Shown here piece by piece: positions 13,623-27,771 of a DNA stretch of 64,000 nucleotides (its first letter is position 1; the number at the start of each line of letters is the position of its first letter). The notes beneath the pieces were generated by a model, which saw only the letters and a program-made list of their open reading frames with translations, had not been told where the DNA came from and did no database searches. This DNA is from Eledone cirrhosa (taxonomy: Eukaryota): assembly GCA_964016885.1 (NCBI GenBank), contig OZ024750.1, positions 15,252,001 through 15,316,000 on the forward strand. Reading direction: 5' to 3'. The position numbers were made by a program, and so were the translations under genes.

Positions 13623-13820
13623 AACGAAGGAAGTGTGGCAAGGAACCAGGTGGACCATAACGCACCAGAGTACTCGATATTATGGATAGTAGAGTGGGTA
13701 ATAGGAAAAGTGTTAGGACCCCGACGGCTGAGCTCCCGCTGTTTCGACAGATAGTTCTGAATTCAGAACTAGCTGTCGAACCGGCCAGAGCTCAGCCGTC
13801 GAGGTCCTGACTCTTTTCCT
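13623..13820 (-). mobile_element. Hammerhead family A fold-back insertion, second subfamily
   Basis: Long arm on minus strand, short + arm ending TTTTCCT; in (TA)n. Confidence 0.85.
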
Positions 13821-13881
13821 ATATATATATGTGTGTATGTGTGTGTGTGTGTGTTTTTCTTTTTTTCGACAGAAGTACTTC

Positions 13882-14081
<200 letters not shown>

Positions 14082-14115
14082 TGGATGGATGGATGGATGG
14101 ATGGATGGATATCGG

Positions 14116-14252
14116 CGAAGACTAAAATCCGAAGCGGACACAATAAGGATTATATATATATATATAAATCCGTAGAGCAAATATTTATTATAAGTACAAA
14201 TTAAAGTTTAAGCAAAGAATCGCTGCTTTCACCCTTAACGGGATCTTCTGAA
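14116..14252 (-). mobile_element. Hammerhead family D copy
   Basis: Reverse complement of CAGAAGATCCCGTTAAGGGTGAAAGCAGCGATTCTTTGCTTAAACT plus long tail. Confidence 0.85.
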
Positions 14253-14253
14253 T

Positions 14254-14306
<53 letters not shown>

Positions 14307-14431
14307 GTATGTATTTGTTTTGGTACTGTGTTGTTTCCATCAATAAACACTTATTTTTGTGAGGTAATTCTGTATAGGGTGGATGTATTTATTACGAATA
14401 TTTCTGAATCATGCTTTATTATTGCTACTAT

Positions 14432-14598
14432 GGGTGGTGGATTGGCAGTATCGGTAGAGGGTCGGACGCCATGCTTTCCAGCATAGTTACGTCCCTTTAC
14501 GATCTGAGTTCAAATCCCGCCGAGGTTGACTTTGCCTTTCATCCTTACGGGGTAGATAAAATAAAGTACCAGTAATGCACTGGGTAATTGCTGGCCTT
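14432..14598 (+). mobile_element. tRNA-SINE
   Basis: Head and core. Confidence 0.92.
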
Positions 14599-15495
14599 TA
14601 TTATATATTACTTGAATAGACAATAAAAAGCTGTCATTGTGAAGTAGTTTACAATTGTCACATTTGGAACCCAATTTGTAAATCATATTAATCATTAATA
14701 TTTTTTTGTAGGGTTGCAGATTTGAGATTTGTGACTGAAAAGGTGTTTTAATATTTTATGGTTTGTAGTATATTATTAAATAGCCTTCACACCATGCACT
14801 TACTACAATGGCGTGTATATATATATATATATATATATGGGATAACAAGTTATCGTTATAGGTAATCCAGTTAGCGGTTGTGAGTGCTCTGCGTCGTGAA
14901 TAGTTTTAACGTACGGCTTTGTTTGACTCAACAATATGTTTCCATAGTTGTGCAGTGAGTTCGCTTTAATTTTTCTGCAGCGATTACCGAACTCCAGATC
15001 CACATGATCAACGAAACAATTGTCAGTAATTTAAATAAATTATAAATTATATAAGTGTGACACTATAAATATATCGACTAGGTGTATGTAGCCATAGTAT
15101 AAAATACTAACCTGGACCAATTTGATCCTGTTTCTGGAATTCCGATAAAAGTACATTGCTCGTAATTGAGAAATTCAGAATTTAAACTCAAGCAAGACAC
15201 GTAAGAATGTATCAGTTTAGCTATTGATTATATATAGTTTATTAGTGTCGACAAAGACTCCTTTTATCATGGCTATTCTGTGCACAAACATGAAACTGAA
15301 ACATTATTAGTCAATCAAATATATTTAGTGAATACGGTTAATGAACAGTTGTAGGCTAAATAGTAGTCGACCATGTTCTAATAATGGTCTGATACAGTCT
15401 ACAAATAAACAATAATTGGTTTCGTTCTGGTATGATTGGTGCCTAGTTATTTTCATAATCAATATATTCACATATGTACAAATAAATTTATATAC

Positions 15496-15532
<37 letters not shown>

Positions 15533-16252
15533 CATACACATACACATATACATACTCATACATTATACATTATTATTTAAATAAATATATATATATGTAA
15601 ATATATATATATATATGTATGTATGTACATATATATATATGTGTGTGTATGTATGTATGTACATATATATATATATATATATGTATGCATACATATATAT
15701 GGGGAGAGCGGCGAGAGAGAGAGGTGTGACAAAGGAAAACGGCGGTGGAGAATGCTAGTAAAAAGTACCAGAGAAGTATTTGACAAGCGTGGCTTATTGG
15801 CATATTATAACTAGAATAATACGCAGTAGAAGATACTTGTCTAATTAAAGAAACGATGAGTTATTTTTGCCCCATCTTTTATCTGCTCGGATAATATACT
15901 TCAATTAGCTAGGAAGTTTGACTTATTGTTTCAAGACTTTCATTTATATATTTCTGATATATAATGCCATTACAAAAACATCAATCCAATTAAGATATTG
16001 CATATAAAACGTTAATCTTCTAAATCACATCGAAAAAATATTATGCAAGAAGGGACATAGAAGGAAGAACAGAAAATTGATTTGGAATGTTTAATGAACG
16101 TTTAATTCTGATAAAAGACTATTTACTTCGTTTAATGGGGTTTTTTTTTAAGTAGAGTTGAATATTTGTTTGCTTTCTATTTTATACTTTCCTTTCGTCA
16201 CTGCTCGTGCTCTCTGTTTATAGTATATCAGATAATTATTTACCTTCTGTAT

Positions 16253-16434
16253 GTGGATTGGCAGTATCGGTAGAGGGTCTGACGTCATGCTTTGCAGCAA
16301 ATAGTTACGGCCCTTTATGATCTGAGTTCAAATCCCGCCGAGGTTAACTTTGCCTTTCATCCTTACGGGATCGATAAAATAAAGTACCAATAATACACAG
16401 GGATAATTGCTGGCCTTGTGCCAAAAGTAGAAAC
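16253..16434 (+). mobile_element. tRNA-SINE with 19 bp TSD
   Basis: TSD AATTATTTACCTTCTGTAT at 16234-16252 and 16435-16453. Confidence 0.95.
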
Positions 16435-16569
16435 AATTATTTACCTTCTGTATTTCTCTACTTTACAGAAAATGTTACGTATTAAGTACTATACATAATT
16501 TGTAAGTGCAATTTTAGTACAATTTATAACATCGTTTTTAGCTATATAATCTACATGTTGTATGGATAG

Positions 16570-16685
16570 AAATTTCATTTTGTTAACAAGGAGTTTCGGG
16601 TTCAGTCCCACAACACAGAACCTTGGCGAAGAAGTTACCTCTATAGCATCGCGTTGACCGATGCCATGTAAGTGAATACTTGGAA
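16570..16685 (+). mobile_element. CORE-type (octopus OR-like) SINE remnant
   Basis: GGGTTCAGTCCCAC..ACCTTGG..CTATAGC..GACCGATGCC.TGT.AGTGAAT. Confidence 0.55.
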
Positions 16686-17315
16686 GGGATAGTTAATCTC
16701 ATTGCATCTGGATGTTCAGTCCTACCCAAGAGGAAATATCGCAATACTTTTAATACAGTTGTGACTTCCAGTCATAGAATATCAAGCCATCATTATAAAT
16801 TACCAACTGAAAAGAAATGATATAAACTTACATGAGAAATTGCCTGAGAGAATGATGAAAAAACAACTGTACCCCGGTCTATTTGCAACCACACACATAA
16901 GAAGCTTTAGATTAATTCAGCGGGTATCATTGGCAAGAACGTCGAGAAAAAATTGACTCCAGGTCGAATTATCAATAGCAAAAGACTATAACGTGTCTCT
17001 TAAAGAAATGGAACAATTATAGAAATATAGATATCTGGAAATAGGGATAAGTAAAATGTAGGTAGTAAAAGCAGAAACAACCACTATAATAATAGATGAT
17101 TTAGGAATTATTATAAAAGATCCAAATAAGTAGCCTTAACCACAGGATTAACACAATGTACATAAAAGAGCTCCTCTAATTACAGTAAACATAGTACATA
17201 AATTACTTTCAATATAATATAACAGAAACCCACGACAAGGCTTTTAGTGTTGCACTCAGTTTTAAAATTGAAGCAAGCAATTAATATAATACTGTCGGAA
17301 GAAATAAATGATAAT
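16683..17315 (+). pseudogene. Decayed R4/Dong-like 3' end (CCHC knuckle remnant and restriction-like endonuclease)
   Basis: EGIVNLIASGCSVL..; DYNVSLKEMEQL*KYRYLEIGISKM*VVKAETTTIIIDDLGII matches DxNVxxKExEKxxKYxDLxxEIxxMW..PIIIGALG; ends in TAA-rich tail. Confidence 0.8.
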
Positions 17316-17500
17316 AATTGTTTCTACTTTTGGCACAAGGCCAGCAATTAACCCAGTGTATTACTGGTACTTTTTTTTATCGATCTCGTAAGGATGAAAG
17401 GCAAAGTTAACCTCGGCGGGATTTGAACTCAGACTATAAAGGGCCGTAACTCTTTGCTGCAAAGCATGGCGTCCGACCCTCTCCCGATACTGCCAATTCA
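17316..17500 (-). mobile_element. tRNA-SINE
   Basis: Full reverse-complement copy. Confidence 0.92.
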
Positions 17501-18484
17501 TATGCCAGACAATCTACCTACACCGAATAGAATGACTAAGTGAAAAAAGAAAGAAATTAGTGAAACATTGTAAGCAAAACAATCGGCGCCAAGTATTTCC
17601 CCATAAACATTCATTATGAAAGACAATTATATCCGACATAATGGTGTTTTTTTTTTTCCCTTTGCCACGTGATTTATAAATGTTTTAATCTCTACTGGAT
17701 TCCGATTGGAAGTGATATTGTTTTCAATGATACTAACATTGTTTTTGTCACTTTCATTTACTTTAACAATAAATATTAGCGTCATTCTAAATGCGAACAC
17801 TCTTTTGTTATGATTGATATTCCATTGTGTGAAGTGGAAAGAATCTAGTTTATGTTTATTGTGTTCTATTCTATAGTTGTTATAAAGTTATTAAGTTATG
17901 AGTAGTTTCATCATTGTACACCTATGGTTTCCTTTGGCTTTATTCTCCTTCTCATTACCCAAAAGAGTTTTGATAGCTGATAACAGCTGTTACCATATTT
18001 TCTCTTGATATAATCAGTTTCATCAACCTTCGTCGTTAATAATGCAATCATCAATACCATCAACCTCATCATTGTCATAATCAGCAGGATCACCACCACT
18101 ACCAGCATCGCCACCACCAACACCATCACCATTGTCTTTATATCTACTCTTTATTTGCTAGTATACATTTTTTAAAATTATATTACCATTCTTCCTAGTC
18201 CCCATCAATGTATGAAGCTGGTTGTCAATTTATCGTCAATTTTAATGGCGGGCGCCATACATATCTCAGAGTTTAAACTTGTTGAAATGTTGTATGCAAC
18301 GTATCGAGTGGATATTGTGTTATTTTCTTTCCCAAGCATTCATACACGTCTTCAGGACACCAAACCTTTAATTATTCCAGAGAAATTTAGAAACGATACT
18401 TGTTCAATGGCCACATAGCTAAGAGTTTAACAAGTTTATTTTTCAAATACGAAGTTCATGATTTGATTGCATTGCAAAGAATTA

Positions 18485-18700
18485 GGGCGGTGGATTAGCA
18501 GAATCGTTAGGGTATCGGATACGATAATTTGCGGTATTTAGTCATGGCCCTTTACGTTCTGAGTTCAAATCCTGCCGCGGTTAACCTTGCCTTTCATTCT
18601 TGTATGATCGATAGAATATACAACCAGTCAAAAACTAGGGCAGACCAAATTGACTTTGCCCGCCTCTAAAACTTACTGACCTTGTGCTGAAATTAGAAAT
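18485..18700 (+). mobile_element. Older tRNA-SINE
   Basis: Diverged head and core. Confidence 0.85.
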
Positions 18701-19232
18701 CCTTGCCAGATTATTCTAAGCTTCGTGAATTAAATTAGATAGACGGAAACTGTGAAATCCAGTCAGATTAGGAGTATCAAACACTCACAGTATTACACTG
18801 AATGTTTGAAGATTTTGTCAATCATATATAAAAAATTAGTTGTGTTCGCATCTTTACTGTCGCTTTGCTATATTATGACATAGGCACTTATTTTTCTCTC
18901 AATTGATCGTCCTTTATATAAATACTTTTCATTGAAATGTAGGATGTGAAAGCCCTTAACATTTGAGGAATACTTACCATTTAAATTAACAACTTGGCTT
19001 TAAATTGCGTTATCCAAGTACTAAATTATATGTTCTCAAGAAAACAAGAAATAAATATGATATAATAAAACACTATATTGTATAAAATTAACACTGTACA
19101 ATCAATTTATTAACATTTTTTATTATGGTGATTTGTATAATATATATCGAATAGGTGCCTATTCCTCGAGAAAATATACTTGTTTACCTGTTCAAGCCCA
19201 CTAGCTGAAGCCATGCTGATGCACCGCTATTG

Positions 19233-19267
<35 letters not shown>

Positions 19268-19273
<6 letters not shown>

Positions 19274-19355
19274 TAAAATAACAGATTAAAGTTTAAGCAA
19301 AGAATCGCTGCTTTCACCCTTAACGGGATCTTCTGAAACTCAATTTTATTATTAT

Positions 19356-19360
<5 letters not shown>
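19268..19360 (-). mobile_element. Hammerhead family D: inverted short arm joined to the extreme 3' tip
   Basis: Intact minus-strand hammerhead 19290-19340, then TTTATTATTATTACTA (family 3' end); in (TA)n. Confidence 0.8.
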
Positions 19361-19423
<63 letters not shown>

Positions 19424-19493
19424 CTTCTTATCTACTCATCTCACCCCACTTTATCTCTTCTCTATTTTTCTATTTCTTTGCCTCTCTCTTTCT

Positions 19494-19617
<124 letters not shown>

Positions 19618-20347
19618 ATAAAATATGATTAATCATTCAAAATTTGATCGAGATTTACCTTTCATAAATCCATCAATAAAATGTTAGTTTTACATTACGT
19701 TTATACAAAAGTGAAGTTAGTTTAAACTGTCATCATTCTAATAAATTTCTATTGACGATCTTAACAAAACCTCCACTGCAGGCAAAACAGTAGATCGTCG
19801 ACTTAACAGCGGATATGTTATGACAACTAACTGCAATGTCATCTGTGTTATGTAATGTTTCTCCCAGCTAATTGCCTCAAACATTACAGACTGTCGTAGC
19901 TCATCATAACTATATTTACGTATGCATATATGTATAGATGTGTGTATGTATGTATGGATGGTTGGATGGATGTATATATGTATATGAATGTATGTGTATG
20001 TATGTGTGTGTGTTTATGTATGTACAGAAACAAGACTCTTTCAATGGAATTTAGACAACATCAATTAGGTAATTATATATGTATGTATGTATGTTTGTGT
20101 GTGTGTAGGTATGGATGTTATTGTATGTGTGGATATATGCTTTGAGTTATATGAGTTATATGAGCACATATACGTATATTGCTATGTCTATACCTATGTA
20201 TAGAAATATACATTGGCAGTTTTGTGTTGTTTCTCTATTTAAATCCGTGGTGTCACCAAGGTAAGGCTTTTCAGTCTTGTGCGCCCTTGTGGCAAATAAA
20301 GAAATATATCTATCTATCTATCCACCTATCTATCTATCTATCTATCT

Positions 20348-20436
<89 letters not shown>

Positions 20437-20571
20437 CATACATACGTGCACGCTCACATACATACATACATACATACATACATACATACATGTGAGAAAC
20501 CATCTTACACGTATTTGTAATACGAAAGCGAGAGAGAAATTAAGTTAATAATATTATCTGTATAGCATAAT

Positions 20572-20712
20572 TGTTTCTACTTTTGGCACAAGGCCAGCAA
20601 TTACCCAGTGTATTACTGGTACTTTATTTTATCGACCCCGTAAGGATGAAAGGCAAAGTTAACCTCGGCGGGATTTGAACTCAGAATGGCAAGGGCCGTA
20701 ACTCTATATAGC
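20572..20712 (-). mobile_element. 5'-truncated tRNA-SINE with TSD
   Basis: TSD ATCTGTATAGCATAAT at 20556-20571 and 20717-20732. Confidence 0.9.
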
Positions 20713-21332
20713 ATAAATCTGTATAGCATAATCTGTTCTATTCAGAATATTATGTAATCAAAACTATCGAAAGAGTAATGCTTTGTTTAAACAAAATCGA
20801 AAGGGTTATGTGATACGAAAGGGGCTGTATGTAAAACTACTGGATATAAGGCTTCAGGAGCTGGTGGTTATGTGTCACATTTCTAAAGAGTATAAGACTG
20901 CATGGTGAATTTGCATTGTCACCAATAATGGTGTGTCATAGCACCAATATCAATGATTACGTATGTATGTTGATATAGAAGCAAGTTAACTCGTGATTCA
21001 GTGAGAATTTGATTATATTAATTCGTTTTAAATGTAGATAACATTGTTATTACTTGAACATATGAGATTCATTACATGTATGTATGCATATATATATAAT
21101 ATAAATATACATATGTATACACACACATATATATATGTACACACACAAATATATATATATATATGTACACACACAGACACACCACATATATATACGCATA
21201 TATATATATGCACACAAATATATATAATATATATATATATATATATACATACATACATACATATATATATATATATTCTGTGTGTGTATATATATACATA
21301 TATATATGCACACAAATATATATAGACATGCA

Positions 21333-21433
<101 letters not shown>

Positions 21434-21650
21434 GTATATATGTATATATATATTTGTGTGTATCTATATGATATTGAGAGGGTTAATAAGATTCGGGGTA
21501 ACAATTTCCTGGCAGCTAGACCAGTGTGTCTGCAGCCTATTTCAAAGTGATTAGTTGAATGTTATGTAATAAAATATCACACTTATATATAGAATACTAA
21601 CTTTAGAGGAAATCATATCGGTTTCTAGATATTAAACCCAACCACATCTC

Positions 21651-21710
<60 letters not shown>

Positions 21711-21816
21711 GGAACCAGTAAGAACCTTACTGGTTCCTATTACCCACTCTACTACCCCAAGTATTGAGTACTTTGGTGCGTTACGGTCCACCTGGTTCCT
21801 TACCACATTTCCTTCG

Positions 21817-21818
<2 letters not shown>
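21711..21818 (+). mobile_element. Family A minimal fold-back insertion
   Basis: GGAACCAGTAAG..CTTACTGGTTCC hairpin plus tail ending CCTTCGTT; in (TA)n. Confidence 0.85.
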
Positions 21819-21873
<55 letters not shown>

Positions 21874-21893
21874 TACATATATATATAATATAT

Positions 21894-22162
21894 AAGATCA
21901 AAAGATGGTTAACAGAGTTCCATGTATTTTATTATGCGCATTTCAAAAACAAATATCATCATGCGATGACATTTGCGTTTTCGTCAGATAAAATAGGGAG
22001 ACATGATATGAAAGTTAAAAAACACTTGTGAATAGTGCAGTTTTAAATCAACATATGTTGATTTAAAACTGCACTATTCACAAGTGTTTTTTAACCTTCA
22101 TATCATGTCTCCCTATTTTATCTGACGAAAACGCAAATGTCATCGCATGATGATATTTGTTT
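21894..22162 (-). mobile_element. Hammerhead family B fold-back insertion
   Basis: Palindrome centred on CAACATATGTTG at 22050-22061 with ~107 bp arms; in (TA)n. Confidence 0.85.
21926..21994 (-). ncRNA. Type I hammerhead ribozyme (family B)
   Basis: attttat CTGACGA aaacgcaaatgtcatc-gcat-gatgatatttgttttt GAA ATGCGCAT A ataaaat; palindromic stem III; AUA cleavage site. Confidence 0.85.
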
Positions 22163-22221
22163 ATATATATATATATATATATATGATTTTTTTGTTTTGA
22201 CTGCATGCCCATATATGAACT

Positions 22222-22321
22222 GTACCCCTTGATAAGTTCAGCTTGGTCCCTGCCGTCCTAATACTGCTGGGTTAGTCCGGATCTAGCTGTCGAAACGGCC
22301 GGAGCTCAGCCGTCGAGGTCC
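22222..22321 (+). ncRNA. Type I hammerhead (family A, full length), U3-A8 core, long stem II
   Basis: gtacccc TTGATAA g..cagct...agctgtc GAAA cggc..gccg TC gaggtcc. Confidence 0.65.
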
Positions 22322-22346
22322 TGACTCTTTTCCTATGTATATATAC

Positions 22347-22420
<74 letters not shown>

Positions 22421-22734
22421 GTATATATATACGTATATATATATATATATACGTATATGTATATATATATATACGTATATATATATATGTATATACAGGA
22501 CTTCCCAAAAAATATATACACCATTATATATCCAAAATTAAATTAAGGGTGTCATGTCCGAGAGACATGCGCCATATCCACTGTAGAATATGCTCAAAGA
22601 TTCCAATGAATAGATCCGAGCATTTTATATCAACTAGAAATTGATTGCCATATATATATATATATATCTAAAATAAACACATGAAACAATCACAGGGGAT
22701 AATTTGTAAAGTACACCATTATATATATATATAG

Positions 22735-22785
<51 letters not shown>

Positions 22786-23119
22786 TTAATTACAAACATA
22801 ATCGGTAATTCTATGCAAGTTTGTATGGGCATTTCAGAATAATACCAAGACCGAATGGGTATATATACCCATCAAATGCATGTTTCCTTGTGGTTGATTG
22901 GATACTGTACACGTCTTGAGATGAGAGTCAAATAAGATCCGAAAATCGATTTTAAATGTTTAATATTCTTTTAATTTACATGAAAATTCGTATTTTCTGT
23001 TATTTTTACATGCCAACATATTAGATATGTGTATATATTTATAACGTTGGTAGAGTCTCGGATACACACTATGTATTTATACAGATATAACTTTATCAAA
23101 TATATATATATATGTGTGA

Positions 23120-23219
<100 letters not shown>

Positions 23220-24202
23220 ATCTGTGTCTTTGTGTCTTTGTGTATCTGTGTCTCTGTTAAATTAATACCGTTGTAAAACGTACCATTACAGTAATTTCGG
23301 AATGATATGTAATTTCCTACGCTGCTTTCTCGTTCTTCAATTATATTCAATATTGTTTTTTCCCCGGGCCTTCTGTTTCTTTGCATCCTTATTCAGCCTC
23401 TCTCCACCCCACCCACCCCCTTCTCTCCCCTCCTCTCTCTTATTCTTTTGTTCTATATTATTTGCTATTGCGAAACCTTCTTATTTTATGCGTTCATTTA
23501 TTATCTATTTTTCCTATCCTCATATTCTATTCTCACTCATTTTACCATTCTTCAATTTCATTTTTTCTTATTTCTAATTCTCATCTGGTATTTTTCTTTC
23601 TTCTTTTCTTTTTTTTTTATTATTTCTTCACACATGTATTATTTGCTGGCAGTTTTCTACAATTCTTATCTTATTGCTTTTATTATTTATTTCCGCTTTT
23701 TTGTCCTTCGATTTACTTCGTTCCTATTCACGCACACACGTTAACCCCATATTTTATGTTCAAACATATATCTTTGTCGTTCACTTGATTTCACTAGTCA
23801 AATTTTCTTCATGTATATCAAAATTATACTGCCCATGTTTTCGAATATTCAATATTTTTTATATTATCCTTTAATAACATTTTTTAACATCTTCACTATT
23901 TCAAATTTCCCTTTCTATTATTTTTCATTAATATATTTCCCTTCACTTTTCGTATATTTATTTCCGTTCAAACTTCATTTATTTATCCACCAATCCCTAG
24001 CTGTCCCCCAATCACAAGCTATCCACCAATCAGAAATCACGTTTCCCCCATACCCTATTAATGAATCTTTCACTTCCGGCTGTATCGGTAGAGGGTCAGA
24101 CTCTATGCTTTGCAGCATGGAGTTACGGCCCTTTACGATCTGAGTCGATTTAAACGAGTAAATCGTCTCCAACAATTGGTCTTGTGACTAAATTGGAAAC
24201 CA

Positions 24203-24415
24203 ATGGCGATGAATTGACAGAATCGTTACAACGTCGGACAAAATTCTTTGCAGCATATAGTTACGGCCCTTTAAGTTCTCACTTAAAATCTCGCTGAGGT
24301 CAAATTTACCTTTGACTCTCCGGGGTCGAAAGAATAATGTGCCAGTCGGATACTGGCGTTCATATAATCGTCTTACCTCTAGCCTCGAATTGCTGCCTAA
24401 ATTAGAAACCATTAT
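24203..24415 (+). mobile_element. Older tRNA-SINE (a head fragment also lies at 24080-24145)
   Basis: Diverged head, core and tail. Confidence 0.8.
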
Positions 24416-25729
24416 TACTTGTTCTATGTTAAAAGCAAACAAGAGATGCAAATTGACATCAAACATAAATTACTAGATTGATGTCTTACAAATCTGTAGT
24501 GTGTTTTTTATCTATCCATGTCTATCCGACGTTGGAATTTACCTCTTGTTGTTCTTCAGCAATTTTGAAAGGAAATACAATTCCAAGAGAATCTACAGGC
24601 TCTGGTATCATTTCGGGAAAAAGATTTTTTTCTCTTTTATTCTAGGTTTGTGGGAAGAATTGGCCAAGCTCCAAGTTCTTAACCAACCCAGCAAACGGCA
24701 AAATACTTTTTTTAATAATATAATCGTACAATTCAAGTGCAATTGTTAGTTATTTATGGAGAGTCTGTTACGAAACAGCGCAATTAATAAAGTACAGAAC
24801 TGTAGAATTTTTCAAATGAAATATATTTAGATTTTTGCATATTTCCAATATGACTGAGAATTGATTTTCAAACTGCAGCACATAGAAGAAAAGGAGATTT
24901 CAAACAGTGGGTGACGAGTATATATACATGATGTAAATGATTCCCATGTGGTTAAGTCTATAATTCTACTGGAAAATGTTATACTTAAACTAGAGGAAGT
25001 TAATTATATTGAGCATGTGAATGATGTATATTTTGTCAATGCGATTTCAAGTAAACGTTATATTTTCATTTATCTATACATACACACAAACACAGACACA
25101 GAGTGAATATAAAATAGATATAACTTCTGGTTTTTCTTTTATATAGAAACCTTAATTGAGAGAAGAATGCATGCATTTCAAAGCTTCATCGATTCACTCC
25201 AGAGAACAATTATTCCTCTTATTCCGTGTATGTAAGAGTATTGCTATAGAAATGCTATATATGTCGTACGGAATACAGAAAATAGGTGAAATGGTGAATT
25301 GAATTTTTATGACATTTAGTGACGTAATGAAATAAATAACTATTTATTTCAGAACCCATTGCACATTTGAATATTTACGAAAAACTTAAATTAGATATAA
25401 CTACCATTTTTTATAAGAAGCTTTAGCTGTGAACATAATGATTTCTTTATATAATAATAATGAAATGCGAGGTGTAAACACTTCCAATATTCCTCCGGGC
25501 ACAGAAAAACATAAGAGATTGGGTAATTATCTGACAAAAAGACAAGAACTTCTGAAATGCAGGCATGAAATTAATCGGGTGAAAATTGATCCGTTGTTGA
25601 GTTGGATGTCTCTAAGCTGCTCACTACATCTGTCTACTTAGCTCTGACTAGTGTGTTCAGTGTAAACCAATTTACATAATTGACCTTCTAAGCCATTATA
25701 TAATGTTCTTGTTAGTGATGTTCAGTTAA

Positions 25730-25950
25730 CCCTTTAGCATTTACATTATTCTATATTTACTATTGTATTTTCAAAGTATAGGCTTTATATTATATAATTA
25801 TCTCACAAAATATCGAATCTATGAGATTTTACTGTTATTTATTTTGAGAACAATACTTTGACATCAGTATGAGAGGCCAGTGACAGCTGGTTTGAACAGA
25901 AAGAGGTGAAAGAATTCTGGCCAGATACGGTCGTTTTAAATGCTAAAAGG
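25730..25950. mobile_element. piggyBac-type MITE
   Basis: TTAA at 25726-29 and 25951-54; TIRs CCCTTTAGCATTTA / TAAATGCTAAAAGG. Confidence 0.85.
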
Positions 25951-27771
25951 TTAAGTAAGGTATGTTCAGTTGGGAAAAAGATGTCCAAATAGGAGTTATG
26001 TGTGGGAAGAGACTAGATTCTCACACATGAGCAGACAAAAGTTTTCGGCGGGGGGAAAAGTTGACAATGTGTGTTATGTATTTATTCATAGGGAGTGAAT
26101 AGTATCAGTTGATAAGTTTCAAGGTTCCATCAATGTCCATAGATATTGAGGCTAACGGCGGGGAAATTGTCCAATAAACGGAGGTTCAAATCATAAAAAT
26201 CATTTCACCCATCTTCACTATATAATAAGAGATGTGGAAGGCATCTTCTAAAATATTAATTACATTCCTTCGTTGAACAGTAATCATCTAATGTTCTCTT
26301 CCTTCGAATTTCAAGGCATTTAAATCGAGTTTTTTTTAATGTTCCTATTCATTTAAAAAGAATGAAAGTTATAAATGAATTATATTAAATAATAAGCTCA
26401 ATTATAATCACATCAATTCCTTTCAAATACTAATTATTCATTTTAAGTCTTGAAGATGATAGAACCTTGTAGAATGATTAAATATTATTTTCATTTCACT
26501 AATATTTTAAGTTAGCTACGCATTAATGTAATTATCTGCTGTTAAAACAAAAATAGATGTACACTACATTCGTATTATAGAAGAAAATAATTAATAAAAT
26601 CCGAGGTTTTTAAAATCAATGATGCTTTATATTATGTCCCAGAAGCATGTTTAAGTAGAGTAATTAAAGGCTTTCATTAAAAAATCGATACACCAAAGAA
26701 CCAAAGAACTGCAATCTCATGTGAACGAAATTTCTATCTAACAACAAACATAATAAAAAACGTTACGAAAAATTAGTTAGGAATAAGTTGATACTGGTTG
26801 GCTTTACTTCTTTGCCTTAGGGTAGAATATACAAAATATTAAACACCAATATTGATTCTAGCGAATTATTTCCGGATTCTAAATCTTGAGTTACGAAATA
26901 ATGAGCTGAGTTATTGTTCGCAATAAATATTGTAATATGTTCAGTGATTTGTTGATAGCGATTCTTCCTTTTAGCCATTCTGTAATAGCAATGTCACACA
27001 ATGAAGTAATACCAAATAGTTTTAGTGAATAAGTAAAGGCAGATGACATATAATCCTATGTGCTTCTGTCTATTGGATTCTAATTCATTCCAGTTCTTAA
27101 GTAACACAATATATTTTATCCAGACAATCATGAGAAAATAACAATATATGTTATCCGGACAATCATAAGAAAACTGAATATTTTAATCCCGAAGCTTAAT
27201 ACTTATAAATATGAATATTCTGATTTGGTTCAATGTGTTTTTCTTATGTTCATACATGTGTAAATACATTATCTCAGAATACATTGTTTTGGCCTCTATC
27301 ATTTTATATTTATGTTTTCTTTCCAAGTGCAATTATTTCTTAAAACATTGTAGAAGTAAAACAATGTTTGAAATAGCAGTAATCAAACAAGGAAGAAAAC
27401 AAAGAGTGAAAATTACTTAAGGAAAGTATATCACACTTATTTGATATTTTTTCTCCATTCAATGATTCTGTCTATTTCATAAAATAGAAAATAAAAATAT
27501 TTGGCCATTCATTACACATTATTTTCGATCGATTAATGTATATCCTAAAGGTACATTCCGACTGGCTTCGAAGAAAAATATGTGATATATAAAAAATACT
27601 ATAACCAGCAATTAACTGACATATAGGTCTCTAAAGAAAGTTTAGGTCAATGCAATATTTTCGAAAACGAAATCTTTAAAGATTTGGCTTTACTTTGCTT
27701 TTGCTCTGTCAATACAAATAAATTTTGTATTGTATTGAAAACAAATCCGATAATAGACATGTCTAGCAAAA

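Noticed and set aside
19868-19919. Exon with good splice signals
   Set aside because: Stop codons in all three frames
24560-24749. Candidate exons ILKGNTIPRESTGS and LWEELAKLQVLNQ
   Set aside because: Would need an implausibly short intron; no recognisable motif
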